NCBI GenBank assembly: GCA_963747235.1
Contig: CAVVEU010000029.1
Coordinates: 64,001 to 128,000 of the forward strand
DNA: 64,000 bases
Source of the DNA: an uncultured Candidatus Rokubacteria bacterium
GTDB lineage: Bacteria > Methylomirabilota > Methylomirabilia > Rokubacteriales > CSP1-6
Direction of reading: 5' to 3'
Of the stretch, positions 55,136-64,000 are shown piece after piece. The translations under genes and the position numbers were made by a program. The notes beneath the pieces are model-generated. The model saw only the letters and a list, made by a program, of their open reading frames with translations. It was not told where the DNA came from and made no database searches. The number at the start of each line of letters is the position of its first letter. Within the stretch, counting starts at the first letter, position 1.

Positions 55136-56176
55136 ATGGCCCCTCTCGGGTTTGGCTGCTGCCACGTGCCCGCGGTCGCCCCGGTCCCTCTCGCAGCCGC
55201 CCGCGGGGCACGGCGCGCGCCGGATGGAGCGCATGGCCGGGTCGGCGGCGGGACGCGCGAGACCGGGCGCGCCGCCGCCAACCCCGGCGTGCAGGGCTAC
55301 TCCCCGCCCCCGCCGCCGGTCAGCCCGATCAAGGGGCTGATCGACTTCCACACCCACGCGGCCCCCGACATCTTCGGCCGCGCGCTGGACGACGACGAGC
55401 TGGCCACGCTGGCCGCCACGCGCCAGATGGAGGCGGTGGTCTTCAAGAATCACGTGACCCACACCGCCGACCGGGCCTTCCTCGTCCGCAAGCACGTGCC
55501 GGGCATCAAGGTGTTCGGCGGCATCACGCTGAACCACGCGGTGGGCGGGCTCAATCCGCAGGCCGTCGAGTGGATGTGGCGGATGCAGGGCGGCTTCGGC
55601 CGCGTGGTCTGGTTCCCCACCTTCGACGCCGATAACCACGTCAAGCGCGCGGGCACCGCGCCGGCCGGGATCCGCGTGCTGGACGAGCGCGGCCAGGTCC
55701 TGCCCGCCGCGCGCGCGGTGCTGAAGATCTGCGCGGCGCAGCGCCTGGTGGTGCAGACCGGCCACGCCTCGCCCGACGAGGCGCTCGCCCTCATCGCGGC
55801 GGCGCGCGAGGAAGGCTGCGAGCGCATCGTGGTCACCCACGCCCAGTTCGACGTGGTGGGCATGAGCCTGGCCCACATGAAGAAGGCGGCCGCCCTCGGC
55901 GCCAAGCTCGAGCTCTGCGCGCTCCTGATGCTGGCGGGCCCGACCTCTCCGCTGGAGTTCATGCACCACACCGCGCGCGTCGAGGTCTCGGACACCGCGG
56001 CGCGCATCAAGGCGGTGGGCGCCCAGCACTTCGTGCTCGGCACCGACCTGGGCCAGGCGGGCAATCCCACCCCGGCCGATGGCCTCCAGATGCTGGTGGC
56101 CGGCCTCATGAAGGAAGGCATCACCCGCGATCAGATCCAGACCATGGGCCGTGAGATTCCCGGCCCGCTCCTCTGA
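55136..56176 (+). CDS. DUF6282-like amidohydrolase-fold protein
   Basis: IDFHTHAAPD, KNH, LN..VGGLNP, WFPT, TGH, VTH, GTDLGQ. Confidence 0.75.
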   Translation: MAPLGFGCCHVPAVAPVPLAAARGARRAPDGAHGRVGGGTRETGRAAANPGVQGYSPPPPPVSPIKGLIDFHTHAAPDIFGRALDDDELATLAATRQMEAVVFKNHVTHTADRAFLVRKHVPGIKVFGGITLNHAVGGLNPQAVEWMWRMQGGFGRVVWFPTFDADNHVKRAGTAPAGIRVLDERGQVLPAARAVLKICAAQRLVVQTGHASPDEALALIAAAREEGCERIVVTHAQFDVVGMSLAHMKKAAALGAKLELCALLMLAGPTSPLEFMHHTARVEVSDTAARIKAVGAQHFVLGTDLGQAGNPTPADGLQMLVAGLMKEGITRDQIQTMGREIPGPLL

Positions 56177-56204
56177 TGGGCTGACGGAGACCGCGGGCTG
56201 CGCC

Positions 56205-57485
56205 ATGGCGTTGCGCATCGAGGTGATTTGCACGGGGGACGAGGTGCTGACCGGGCAAGATCGTCAACACCAACTTCAGCTACATCACCCAGAAGCTGGA
56301 GGACGTCGGGCTCTCCGTGCAGTGGGAGACCACGGTCGGCGACGACCGGGAGAACCTGCTGCGCGCCTTCCAGCTCGCGGGCGAGCGCGCCGACGCGGTC
56401 ATCGTCAACGGCGGGCTCGGGCCCACCGTGGACGACCTCTCGCAGGAGATCGCGGCCAAGGCCGCCGGCGTCCCGCTCGCGCTCAACGAGGACTGGCTCA
56501 AGCGCATGGAGGACTTCTTCCAGCGCCGGAGCCGGGTGATGCCGCCCAACAACCGCAAGCAGGCCATGCTGCCCGTCACCTCGGAGGTCATCGACAACCC
56601 GATCGGCACCGCGTGCGGCTTCGCGGTGGACATCGGCCGGGCGCGCTTCTACTTCACGCCCGGCGTGCCGCGCGAGCTGCGCCGCATGCTGGAGGAGCAG
56701 ATCGTCCCGCGCCTGCTCGCCAAGGCCGGCCTGCCCGGGGCCATCTTCCTCAAGCGCTTCCACTCCTACGGCCTCGGCGAATCGCACGTGGACTCGCTGC
56801 TCGCCGGCGTGGAAGACCTCGTGCCGGACGGCAGCGTGAAGCTCGGCTTCCGCGCCCACTACCCGCAGCTCGAGACCAAGCTGACCGCGCGCGGCCGGGA
56901 CATGGACGACATCCGCCGCAAGCTCGAGCCGGTGGAGCGCGAGGTGCGCAAGCGCGTCGGCAACTTCATCCTGGCCGAGGACGACCAGACCCTCGAGGGC
57001 GTCATCCTGAAGGAGCTCCAGGCGCCAGGCGGGCACGCTCTCGCTGGTCGAGACGTTCACGAGCGGGCAGATGGCGTCGCGGCTCGCCCACCTGCCCGGC
57101 GCGGACGCGGTCTTCCGTCGCGGCGTCGATCGCGCGCGCCCTGCCGGAAGTGTGGGCCGCGGTCGGGCTCACGGGCGCCGCGCCGGACGGCCCGCTGACG
57201 CCGCAGATCGCGGAGACGGTGGCGCGCGCGGCGCGCAGCCAGACCGGCGCCACCCACGCCCTCGCGGTGCTGATCGATCTCGACGACGGCCCCGATCGCA
57301 TCGAGTTCGGCGGCACCATCTGCCTCGCGATCGCCACCGAGGGCGACGTGGCCTCGCGCAAGGCGCGCATCCTGGGCGGGCGCGACTGGGTCCGCCTGGG
57401 CGCGGTCGAGATGGGCCTCGACTGCCTGCGCCGCTACCTGCAGAAGCTGCCGGTGTACGAGCGGATCGACTTCGAGAAGGCGTAG
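56205..57485 (+). CDS. cinA: CinA-like protein (MoCF domain + degenerate PncC domain; indels)
   Basis: TGDEVLTG..VNTN, VGDD, GGLGPTVDDL, NRKQAM, GTACG, PGVPRE. Confidence 0.82.
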   Translation: MALRIEVICTGDEVLTGQDRQHQLQLHHPEAGGRRALRAVGDHGRRRPGEPAARLPARGRARRRGHRQRRARAHRGRPLAGDRGQGRRRPARAQRGLAQAHGGLLPAPEPGDAAQQPQAGHAARHLGGHRQPDRHRVRLRGGHRPGALLLHARRAARAAPHAGGADRPAPARQGRPARGHLPQALPLLRPRRIARGLAARRRGRPRAGRQREARLPRPLPAARDQADRARPGHGRHPPQARAGGARGAQARRQLHPGRGRPDPRGRHPEGAPGARRARSRWSRRSRAGRWRRGSPTCPARTRSSVAASIARALPEVWAAVGLTGAAPDGPLTPQIAETVARAARSQTGATHALAVLIDLDDGPDRIEFGGTICLAIATEGDVASRKARILGGRDWVRLGAVEMGLDCLRRYLQKLPVYERIDFEKA

Positions 57486-57497
57486 GAGGCGTCCCTC

Positions 57498-58333
57498 ATG
57501 AAGACTCCCCAGGAGAAGGCGGCCGCCTTCCGCGCGCTGCACGAGCGGCCCGGCGCGTTCGTGATCCCGAACCCGTGGGACGCGGGCACCGCGCGGCTGC
57601 TCGCCTCCCTGGGCTTCGAGGCGCTCGCCACCACCAGCCTCGGCCTCGCCAACTCGCTCGGGCGCGTGGACGGCACCAACGGGGTGAGCCGCGCCCAGGT
57701 GATCGAGAACTGCCGGGTGATCGCGGCGGCCACCGACCTGCCGGTGAACGCGGATCTGGAGAACGGCTACGCCCACGAGCCGCGCGCCGCCGCCGAGATC
57801 ATCCGGCTCGCCGCGGCCGCCGGCATCTCGGGGGGCTCCATCGAGGACGCCACCGGCGAGCCCGAGAAGCCCATCTACGACTTCGCGCTCGCGGTCGAGC
57901 GGGTGCAGGCCGCGGTCGAGGTGGCGCGCGCCCTGCCCGTCCCGTTCATGCTGACCGCGCGCGCCGAGAACCTCCTGCACGGCCGCCCCGACCTCGACGA
58001 CACGATCCGGCGCCTGCAGGCCTTCGAGCAGGCGGGCGCCGACGTGCTCTACGCGCCCGGCGTCCGGGACCTCGCCACGATCCAGACCGTGGTGTCGGCG
58101 GTGGGCAAGCCGGTCAACGTGGTGATGAGCGCGGCGGATCCGGATCTCACCGTGGCCCAGCTCGCCGGGGTCGGGGTGAAGCGCATCAGCGTGGGCGGCG
58201 CGCTCTCCCGCCTGGCCCTCGCCGCGTTCATGAAGGGCGCCCGCGAGATGGCGGAGCGCGGCGGGCTTCACCTGGATGCGCGACACCGTGCCGAGCAAGG
58301 ACCTCAAGGACGTCTTCCGGCAGGTGGCCGTAG
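57498..58333 (+). CDS. Isocitrate lyase/PEP mutase family protein (indel near 58262)
   Basis: PNPWDAG, ATTS, PVNADLENGY, GSIED, AGADVLYAPG, RISVG. Confidence 0.9.
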
Positions 58334-58344
58334 GCCCGTCCTCG

Positions 58345-61032
58345 ATGCGGCTGCGCAGTCATCTGGTTGCCCTCGTCCTGGCCGCGCTGGTGCCGGTGCT
58401 GGGGTTCGCCGCGCTCGTGATGCGGGAGAACGCGCGGCTGCAGCTCGCGGCCACCGAGCGCGGCATGCGCGACACCGCCTTCGCGGTCGCGCGCACGGTG
58501 GACAAGGAGCTCGAGACCGCCATCACCGCGCTCGAGGCCATCGCCCAGTCCGAGCACCTCGACACCGTGAACCTGCCGCCCTTCTACGAGCTCTGCAACC
58601 GGGTGACCCGCTCGCAGGGATGGGTGAACATCCTCCTGTTCGAGGCCGACGGGCGCGCCCTCATGCAGACGTCCGGGCCGATGGGGACATCGCGGCCGCC
58701 CACCCGGCGGCCCGAGCTCTTCGCCGAGCTCCGCGAGCAGCGCCGGCCCGCCGTCTCCAACCTCTTCGACGGATCGAGCGAGCGGAACATCGTGGCGGTC
58801 TACGTCCCGGTGGTGCGCGACAACGCGGTGCGCTTCGTCCTGACCGTCGGGCTGCGCGCCGGCACCTTCGGCGAGCTCCTCCGCTCCCAGAAGTTCGCCC
58901 CCGACACGATCGCGGTGCTGCAGGACCGCGAGGCCACCATCATCGCCCGCACCCAGGGCGAAGCCGAGCTGGTCGGCCGGAAAGTCCAGAACACCGCGCC
59001 GGGGCGCGAGGGCTGGGTGAAGAGCCGGATCCTCGAGGGGACCGAGGTCTACGCCGCCTATGCCACCGCGCCGCTCTCCGGCTGGCGCGTCGTGCTCACG
59101 TCCCCGGTCGCGGCGGTGGAAGCGCCGCTCCGCCGTGGAGCCTGGCAGCTCATGCTGGGGGCCGCGGTCGCCTCGGCGCTGGCCGCGGGCCTCGCGTTCG
59201 TCTTCGGCCGTCGCATCGCGGACGCGGTCGGCGGCCTCGTGCGCATCGCCCGCGCGGTCGAGCGCGGCGAGCCCGCGGAGCCGCTGCGGAGCGGCGTGAC
59301 CGAGGTGAACGAGGTGGCCGACCAGCTTGCCACCGCGGCGGAGCTGGCCCGCAGCCGTGAACACGACACCACGCTGCGGGAACGGCAGGCCCGGGCGATC
59401 GCCGACGTCGCGCACGCCCTCGCCGCCTCGCCGGACCTGGACACGGTGCTCCGCACCGCGGTGAACGCGGTGCGCGGCCTCGTCCGCGCGGACAGCGCCC
59501 GGATCGCGCTGGTGGACGAGGCCGAGCGCCTCATCGTGCGGTACTCCACCGTCGTCTCCTCCCTGATGCCGCAGGGCTTCGAGATCACGAAGGGCCAGGG
59601 CGTGGGCGGCCTCGCCTGGTCCACCGGCCGGCCGATGCGCACCGACGACTTCGCCCGCGATCCCCGCTTCCAGGACAGCCCCTACCTGCCGATCGCCCAC
59701 GGCGACGGCATCGTGTCCTGCATGACGGTGCCGATCATCTCCTCGGGAGTGGTGGTGGGCGTGATGTACGCCAACAACTTCACGCGCCGGCCGTTCACGG
59801 ATGAGGAGCAGGCCGCGCTCGTCACCCTCGCCGACCACGCGGCGGTGGCGGTGGAGAAGGCGCGGCTCCTCGCCGCCGAGCACGCCGCGCGCGCGGAGGC
59901 GGAGTCGGCCAGCCGGGGCAAGGACGAGCTGCTCGCGATGCTCGGCCACGAGCTGCGCAATCCGCTCTCCGCGATCGCCACCGCCATCCACGTGCTCGAG
60001 ACGGGGGAGCGCTCCGAGGAGCTGACCCGCCGCGCCCACGAGATCATCGCCCGGCAGAACGCGCACCTGGCCCACCTGGTGGACGATCTTCTCGACGTGG
60101 CCCGCGTGACCTCGGGCAAGATCGCCCTGGTGCGCCGGCCGCTCGAGCTCGGCCAGGCGGTGCGCCACAGCCTGGCCGCCCTGGCCGCGAGCGGCAAGAC
60201 CGAGCGGCACCGGGTCGCCATGGACCTGGAGCCGGTCTGGGCCGACGTGGACGAGACGCGCTTCGAGCAGATCGTCAACAACCTCGTCGGCAACGCGCTC
60301 CGCTTCACGCCCGCCGCCGGCCGCATCGAGATCAGCCTGCGCGGCGAGGACGGCGGCGCGGTCCTGCGCGTGCGGGACACCGGGGTGGGGATCGCGCCGG
60401 AGATGCTCTCCCGCGTCTTCGATCTCTTCGCCCAGGGCGAGCGCGGGCCGGACCGCGGCGCGGGCGGCCTGGGCCTCGGCCTCACCCTGGTCCGCCGCAT
60501 CACCGAGCTGCACGGCGGCCGCGTGGACGCGGCGAGCGCGGGCGCGGGACACGGCAGCACGTTCACGGTGCGCCTGCCCGCGCTCGCCGCGCCGCCCGCC
60601 CCCGCGCCCCGGGTGGCGGCGACGGCCCCGTCGAACGGCACCGCGCGCCGCATTCTCGTCGTGGAGGACAATACGGACGCGCGCGAGATGCTGCGCCACC
60701 TGCTGAACCTGGCCGGTCACGAGGTCCACGAGGCCGGGGACGGGCCCGGCGGGCTCGAAGCCGCGCTGCGCCTCCGCCCCGACATCGCCCTGGTGGATGT
60801 GGGGTTACCCGGCTTCGACGGCTATCAGCTCGCCCGGCGCGTGCGCGGGACCCCCGGCGCGTCCGTCTATCTGGTCGCCCTCACCGGCTACGGGCAGCCC
60901 GACGACCGTCGCCAGGCCATGGAAGCGGGCTTCGACGCGCACCTGGTCAAGCCGGTGAATCCGGATGCCCTGCTGGCCGCCATCCAGATGGCCGCGCAGA
61001 CGGCGGGGCACACCGCCACGGGAGACGCCTGA
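58345..61032 (+). CDS. Hybrid sensor histidine kinase (Cache-like/HAMP/GAF/HisKA/HATPase/REC)
   Basis: LGHELRNPL, NLVGNALRFT, DTGVGI, GLGLGL, VVEDN...DVGLPGFDG...LVKPV. Confidence 0.93.
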   Translation: MRLRSHLVALVLAALVPVLGFAALVMRENARLQLAATERGMRDTAFAVARTVDKELETAITALEAIAQSEHLDTVNLPPFYELCNRVTRSQGWVNILLFEADGRALMQTSGPMGTSRPPTRRPELFAELREQRRPAVSNLFDGSSERNIVAVYVPVVRDNAVRFVLTVGLRAGTFGELLRSQKFAPDTIAVLQDREATIIARTQGEAELVGRKVQNTAPGREGWVKSRILEGTEVYAAYATAPLSGWRVVLTSPVAAVEAPLRRGAWQLMLGAAVASALAAGLAFVFGRRIADAVGGLVRIARAVERGEPAEPLRSGVTEVNEVADQLATAAELARSREHDTTLRERQARAIADVAHALAASPDLDTVLRTAVNAVRGLVRADSARIALVDEAERLIVRYSTVVSSLMPQGFEITKGQGVGGLAWSTGRPMRTDDFARDPRFQDSPYLPIAHGDGIVSCMTVPIISSGVVVGVMYANNFTRRPFTDEEQAALVTLADHAAVAVEKARLLAAEHAARAEAESASRGKDELLAMLGHELRNPLSAIATAIHVLETGERSEELTRRAHEIIARQNAHLAHLVDDLLDVARVTSGKIALVRRPLELGQAVRHSLAALAASGKTERHRVAMDLEPVWADVDETRFEQIVNNLVGNALRFTPAAGRIEISLRGEDGGAVLRVRDTGVGIAPEMLSRVFDLFAQGERGPDRGAGGLGLGLTLVRRITELHGGRVDAASAGAGHGSTFTVRLPALAAPPAPAPRVAATAPSNGTARRILVVEDNTDAREMLRHLLNLAGHEVHEAGDGPGGLEAALRLRPDIALVDVGLPGFDGYQLARRVRGTPGASVYLVALTGYGQPDDRRQAMEAGFDAHLVKPVNPDALLAAIQMAAQTAGHTATGDA

Positions 61033-61033
61033 C

Positions 61034-61900
61034 ATGCCGATCACGGTGACGCGCCTCAGCCCCTCCTTCGCCGCGCGCGTCGACGGCGCCGACATCAGCC
61101 GCCCGCTCGACGAGGCCACCTGGACCGCAATTCGCGCCGCGTTCGACGAGCACTCGGTGCTGCTCTTCCGCGGCGCCGGGCTCGACGACGAGACGCAGGT
61201 CGCCTTCAGCCGGCGCTTCGGCGCGCTCGAGGTCACCCGCAGCATGAACCCGGCCGCGGGCACCCCGTTCGCGCGCCAGTCGAACCTCGACATCAAGACC
61301 GGCCAGGTCATCCCCGCCGAGGACCGGCGGATGGTCTATCAGCTCGCGAACATGCTCTGGCACAGCGACAGCTCCTTCAAGCCGGTGCCCTCGCTCTGCT
61401 CGCTCCTCACCGGACGCATCGTGCCGCCCGAGGGCGGCGCCACCGAGTTCGCGAGCGCGCGCGCCGCCTACCCCTCGCTGCCGGAGGCGCTCCGGCGCCG
61501 CGCGGAGCACGCGGTCGTGGTCCACGATTTCTCCTGGTCGCGCGACCAGGTCCGGCCCGGCTTCTTCACCGCCGAGGAGCGCGCGGTGTACCCGCCGGTG
61601 CGCCATCGCCTCGTGCGCGCCAATCCGGCGAACGGGCGCCGCGCCCTGTTCCTGGGCGCGCACGCCTCCCACGTGGAGGGCCTGCCGGTGGACGAGGGCC
61701 GCGCGCTGCTGCGGACCCTGCTCGATCACGTGACCCAGCCCGAGTTCACGTACCGGCACGAGTGGCAGGCGGGCGATCTCGTGATCTGGGACAACCGCTG
61801 CGTCCTCCATCGCGCCACCCCGTTCGACACCGCCCGCCACCAGCGCCTCATGCAGCGGACCACCATCGCGGGCGATCCCGCGGAGCCGGTGGCGCGATGA
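61034..61900 (+). CDS. TauD/TfdA family Fe(II)/2-oxoglutarate dioxygenase
   Basis: WHSDSSF, GGATEFA, WDNRCVLHRA. Confidence 0.93.
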   Translation: MPITVTRLSPSFAARVDGADISRPLDEATWTAIRAAFDEHSVLLFRGAGLDDETQVAFSRRFGALEVTRSMNPAAGTPFARQSNLDIKTGQVIPAEDRRMVYQLANMLWHSDSSFKPVPSLCSLLTGRIVPPEGGATEFASARAAYPSLPEALRRRAEHAVVVHDFSWSRDQVRPGFFTAEERAVYPPVRHRLVRANPANGRRALFLGAHASHVEGLPVDEGRALLRTLLDHVTQPEFTYRHEWQAGDLVIWDNRCVLHRATPFDTARHQRLMQRTTIAGDPAEPVAR

Positions 61901-62875
61901 AGCAGGTCCTGCTCGAGCGCTACGGGGCCCCCGCCGAGGCGGTCCGCTGCGTGGAGGTCCCGGACGTCGGCGCGCCCGCGGCGGGCGAGGTCGTCTTCGA
62001 CGTGCTCGCCTTCCCGATCAATCCCGCCGATCTCTCCATGTGCCGCGGGACGTATCGCTTGCGGCCCACCCTGCCGGCCGGCATCGGCGCCGAGTGCGTC
62101 GGGCGCGTGGCCGCGGTCGGCGCCGGCGTCACCCACGTCGAGCCGGGCGATCGCGTGATCAACCTGCAGCGCGAGAACTGGACGCAGCGGCGCCGCGTGA
62201 AGGGCGACGACGTGATCCCGGTGCCCGCGGGCCTGGACGATCTCCAGGCCGCCATGCTCCGCATCAACCCGCCCACCGCGCTGCTGCTGCTCACCGACAT
62301 CGTCGCGCTGCAGGCCGGGCGACTGGATCATCCAGAACGTGGCCAACTCGGCGGTCGGCCGCTTCGTGATCCGGCTGGCGCGGGCGCGCGGCATCCGGAC
62401 CGTGAACGTGGTGCGGCGCGAGTCGCTGTTCGGCGAGCTGACCGCGCTGGGCGCGGACGTCTGCGTGGTCGACGGCCCGGAGCTGGCCGACGTCGTGAAG
62501 GCGCGGACCGGCGGCGCGTCCATCCGCCTCGGCCTCGACGCGGTGTCGGGCCGCGCCACCGCGCGGATCTCGGCCTGCCTCGGCGAGGGCGGCGTGGTCT
62601 GCAACTACGGCTCGATGAGCGGCGAGGATCCGGTGATGCCGCGCGGCAAGCTGGTCGGCGACGGGCAGACCCTGGTCGGCTTCATCCTCGGGCGCGCGCT
62701 CGCCACCCGCTCGCTGGCCGAGATCCGGGCGATCTACGCGGAGCTCGGCGAGCAGGTCCGGCAGGGCCTCCTCACCGCCCCGGTCGAGAAGGTCTACACG
62801 ATCGACGAGATCAGGGCCGCGGTGGCGCACGCCGAGCACGGCGAGCGCGCCGGCAAGATCCTGGTCGCCCCGTAG
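61897..62875 (+). CDS. MDR-family enoyl-thioester reductase-like oxidoreductase (indel near 62318)
   Basis: PINPAD, AMLRINPPTA, QNVANSAVG, DAVSG, YGSMSG, GKIL. Confidence 0.88.
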
Positions 62876-62877
62876 GG

Positions 62878-63719
62878 TCAGCCGCGCATCGCGGCCGCGT
62901 AGGCGTCGAGCCGCGGCAGCACCGTCGTCGCGGGGCCCGCGCGGCAGGCCGAAGATGGCGCGCTGCACCCCCGCCGCCGCGAGCGCGTCGAGCGACTCCC
63001 GCTTGGGCGGCGCGAAGAAGATGGAGACCGGCACCGACTTCGGATCGCGGCCCGCCGCCTTCAGCCGCTCGCGCAGCGCGGGGATCTTCTCCACCGGGTT
63101 GGCGTGCGGGCGCAGGATCGGCATCCAGCCGTCGCCGAACTCCACCACGCGGTCGAAGGTGCTGCTCCCCATCGCCGCCGATGATGATCGGCGGGTGCGG
63201 CTTCTGCAGCGGCTTGGGATCGGACCAGATCTTCTCGAAACGGACGAACTCGCCCTGGTAGCTCGCCTCGCGCTCCGTCCAGATCTTCTTCATCGCGAGC
63301 ACCCGCTCGCGCAGCAGCCGCCAGCGGCTCTTCCACGCGGTGCCGTGGTTCTCCATCTCCTCGGCGTTCCAGCCGCCGCCGATGCCGAAGAGCACGCGGC
63401 CGCCCGAGAGCCGGTCGAGCGTGGCCACCTCCTTGGCGGTGACGATCGGATCGCGCTCGATCACGAGGCAGATGCCGGTGCCGAGCTTGAGGCGCTTCGT
63501 CGCGCCGGCCGCCGCCATCAGCGCGACGAACGGATCGTAGGCCGACCAGTAGTCGCGCGGCAGCTCGCCCCCGCCCGGCCACGGGCTCTTGCGGCTCGCC
63601 GGGATGTGCGTGTGCTCGGGAAACCACACCGATTCGAAGCCGCGCTCCTCGAGGGCGCGCGCCAGCTCGTCCGGGGCGATCGAGTACTCGGTGGGGAACA
63701 TGACGACGCCGTAGTCCAT
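62878..63719 (-). CDS. LLM-class (probable F420-dependent, Rv2161c-like) oxidoreductase (indels)
   Basis: EERGFESVWFPEHTHIP, DPFVAL, RDPIVTAKEVATLD.LSGGR, PKPLQKPHPP. Confidence 0.9.
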
Positions 63720-63811
63720 GAGAAGCCCTCCTTCTCGTGCGTTGGCGATCAGCCTGGCGATTGGGCTGGGGGTTCGCGGGGGATTGTACTACCCTGTGCG
63801 GCGGACCGGCC

Positions 63812-64000
63812 ATGACCTCTCCTCGGCACGTCATCGTCTGCGGCGCCGGCGTGATGGGCGCCGCGGTGGCCTACTACCTGGCCCGGCGCGGCGTCGCGGT
63901 CACGGTGGTGGAGCGCTCCGGCGTGGCCTGCGCGGCCTCCGGCAAGTCCGGCGGGTTCCTCGCGCTCGACTGGTGCGACAACACGGAGGTGGGCCCGCTC
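63812..64000 (+). CDS. FAD-dependent oxidoreductase (DAO family), N-terminal part
   Basis: HVIVCGAGVMGAAVAYYLA...VVERSGVACAASGKSGGFLALDW. Confidence 0.85.
   Translation, partial: MTSPRHVIVCGAGVMGAAVAYYLARRGVAVTVVERSGVACAASGKSGGFLALDWCDNTEVGPL

Noticed and set aside
3578-63719. Dozens of frameshifts as programmed frameshifting or mass pseudogenisation
   Set aside because: They are scattered single-base indels, often in G/C runs, in genes with intact motifs and no accumulation of in-frame stops. This is typical of long-read consensus error.

Overview
Very GC-rich (about 70% by eye), gene-dense bacterial chromosomal segment. The gene repertoire suggests Candidatus Rokubacteria/Methylomirabilota (inference): GAF-containing hybrid kinases, several LLM/F420-type oxidoreductases, Liv and Dpp ABC systems, FxLYD-like secreted proteins and a DUF748 protein. 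Many otherwise intact genes carry single-base indels, which look like uncorrected long-read errors, so genes are reported as reconstructed spans. Order of content: tRNA-Val(GAC)-thrS-infC-rpmI-rplT-pheS' (minus strand); 5'-nucleotidase; TonB; a PhnD-like binding protein plus hybrid kinase; aroF; a Liv ABC cluster; LOG, USP, DUF1207, CrcB and amidase genes; a three-gene NHLP-like peptide / cNMP-binding protein / RRE-M50 module divergent from an ECF sigma-antisigma-Spy operon; MdtABC; redox and lactonase genes; a giant DUF748 protein; a Dpp ABC system; CinA; a second hybrid kinase; TauD and further oxidoreductases. No CRISPR array, integrase or transposase was seen. Best leads: (1) the NHLP-like peptide + cNMP + RRE-M50 (HQxxH) module, which has no modification enzyme nearby; (2) an unannotated aromatic-amino-acid leader peptide (W..YFYF) with a multi-hairpin attenuator upstream of aroF; (3) an ATC start codon for infC; (4) a possible RAPP-type arrest uORF; (5) repeated leaderless-type promoter geometry.
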